NCBI GenBank assembly: GCA_963727625.1
Contig: CAVSHR010000004.1
Location: 1,536,001-1,600,000 of the forward strand
DNA length: 64,000 nucleotides
Source: an uncultured delta proteobacterium
Lineage (GTDB): Bacteria; Desulfobacterota; Binatia; UBA9968
Reading direction: 5' to 3'
Shown here: positions 63,394-64,000 of the stretch, piece by piece
Numbering within the stretch: position 1 is the first letter of the stretch
Layout: every line of letters starts with the position of its first letter
Translations under genes and position numbers: made by a program
The notes under the pieces: model-generated
Told to the model about the DNA's origin: nothing
What the model saw: the letters and a program-made list of their open reading frames with translations, nothing else
Database searches by the model: none

Positions 63394-64000
63394 ATGATCT
63401 CCGTCAGCGTCGTTGTTCCGGTCTACAACGGTCGGCAATTTATCCGCAGGGCGCTTCGTAGCGCCGTAGAGCAAACCCTCCGTCCGATGGAGATCATCGT
63501 GATTGATGACGGCTCCACCGACGAGACGCGCAAGGAGCTTGAGTCCTACGCGGTGCGCTATCAGCGACAGGAGCATCAAGGTGCGGGGGCGGCACGCAAT
63601 TTGGGAGTATCATTGGCGCGCGGCGAGTGGGTGGCCTTTCTTGACGCGGACGATGTCTGGCATCCCGATAAGCTCGAAATCCAGTGGCGACACATGGAAA
63701 ACTATCCCGAAGTGGAGTTCGTCTATTCCGACGTGGATCTCGTTGACGACTCGGGAAAGGTGCTCAGAAAACATTGGGCGAGCGCCGAATTTGTTCAAAA
63801 GAAACCCAACAGCCGGCAGCAGCTGAGCCGGAGAGTCTTCGACGGCCGGCCGTTTCCTCTGCCTTCGACGGTCATGCTGAAGCATAAACTAATCGAACGG
63901 AGCGGCGGCTTTAGCAGCGCTTTTAAGGGCAAATACCACGAGGATTTCGAATTTTTTGCCCGTCTGGCCCAGCTGGTTTCGCCGCATTTTATTCCACAAA
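63394..64000 (+). CDS. GT2 glycosyltransferase, 3'-truncated by the window edge; paralog of 62237-63208
   Basis: MISVSVVVPVYNG, DDGSTD, ARNLG, FLDADD, FDGRPFPLPSTV, HEDFEFFAR; frame stays open to the window end. Confidence 0.92.
   Translation, partial: MISVSVVVPVYNGRQFIRRALRSAVEQTLRPMEIIVIDDGSTDETRKELESYAVRYQRQEHQGAGAARNLGVSLARGEWVAFLDADDVWHPDKLEIQWRHMENYPEVEFVYSDVDLVDDSGKVLRKHWASAEFVQKKPNSRQQLSRRVFDGRPFPLPSTVMLKHKLIERSGGFSSAFKGKYHEDFEFFARLAQLVSPHFIPQ

Overview
Bacterial chromosomal window in three blocks. (1) 1-19.5 kb: the 3' part of an NRPS cluster made of stand-alone, docking-domain-linked modules. It has two MbtH genes, several A domains with non-canonical or cationic pockets, an oxalate-CoA-ligase-like A-PCP loader and two Cys-nucleophile thioesterases. 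There are two local patches of indels and two apparent deletion or mis-join scars. (2) 19.7-40 kb: intact housekeeping genes (merR-type, ihfA, pheT, pheS, rplT, rpmI, infC with an AUC start, thrS, tRNA-Val, pgsA-like, hflX, dnaE, NUDIX, LOG, guaA, guaB, FmdB-type, comM, amidohydrolase). The guaB 5' leader carries a candidate terminator-based attenuator. (3) 40.6-64 kb: an expanded Kdo/heptose LPS-core or glycolipid locus with three LpxL-type acyltransferases, a WaaG-WaaP fusion, a GT9, WaaA, a double kinase, a deacetylase, two PAP2 proteins, a GT-C and four GT2s. It also contains an embedded cytochrome P450, an 8-repeat beta-propeller and a sulfotransferase. Gene order and repeat style suggest a Deltaproteobacteria-like organism, possibly Ca. 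Binatia (inference, not tested). All calls come from manual motif reading; no searches were run.
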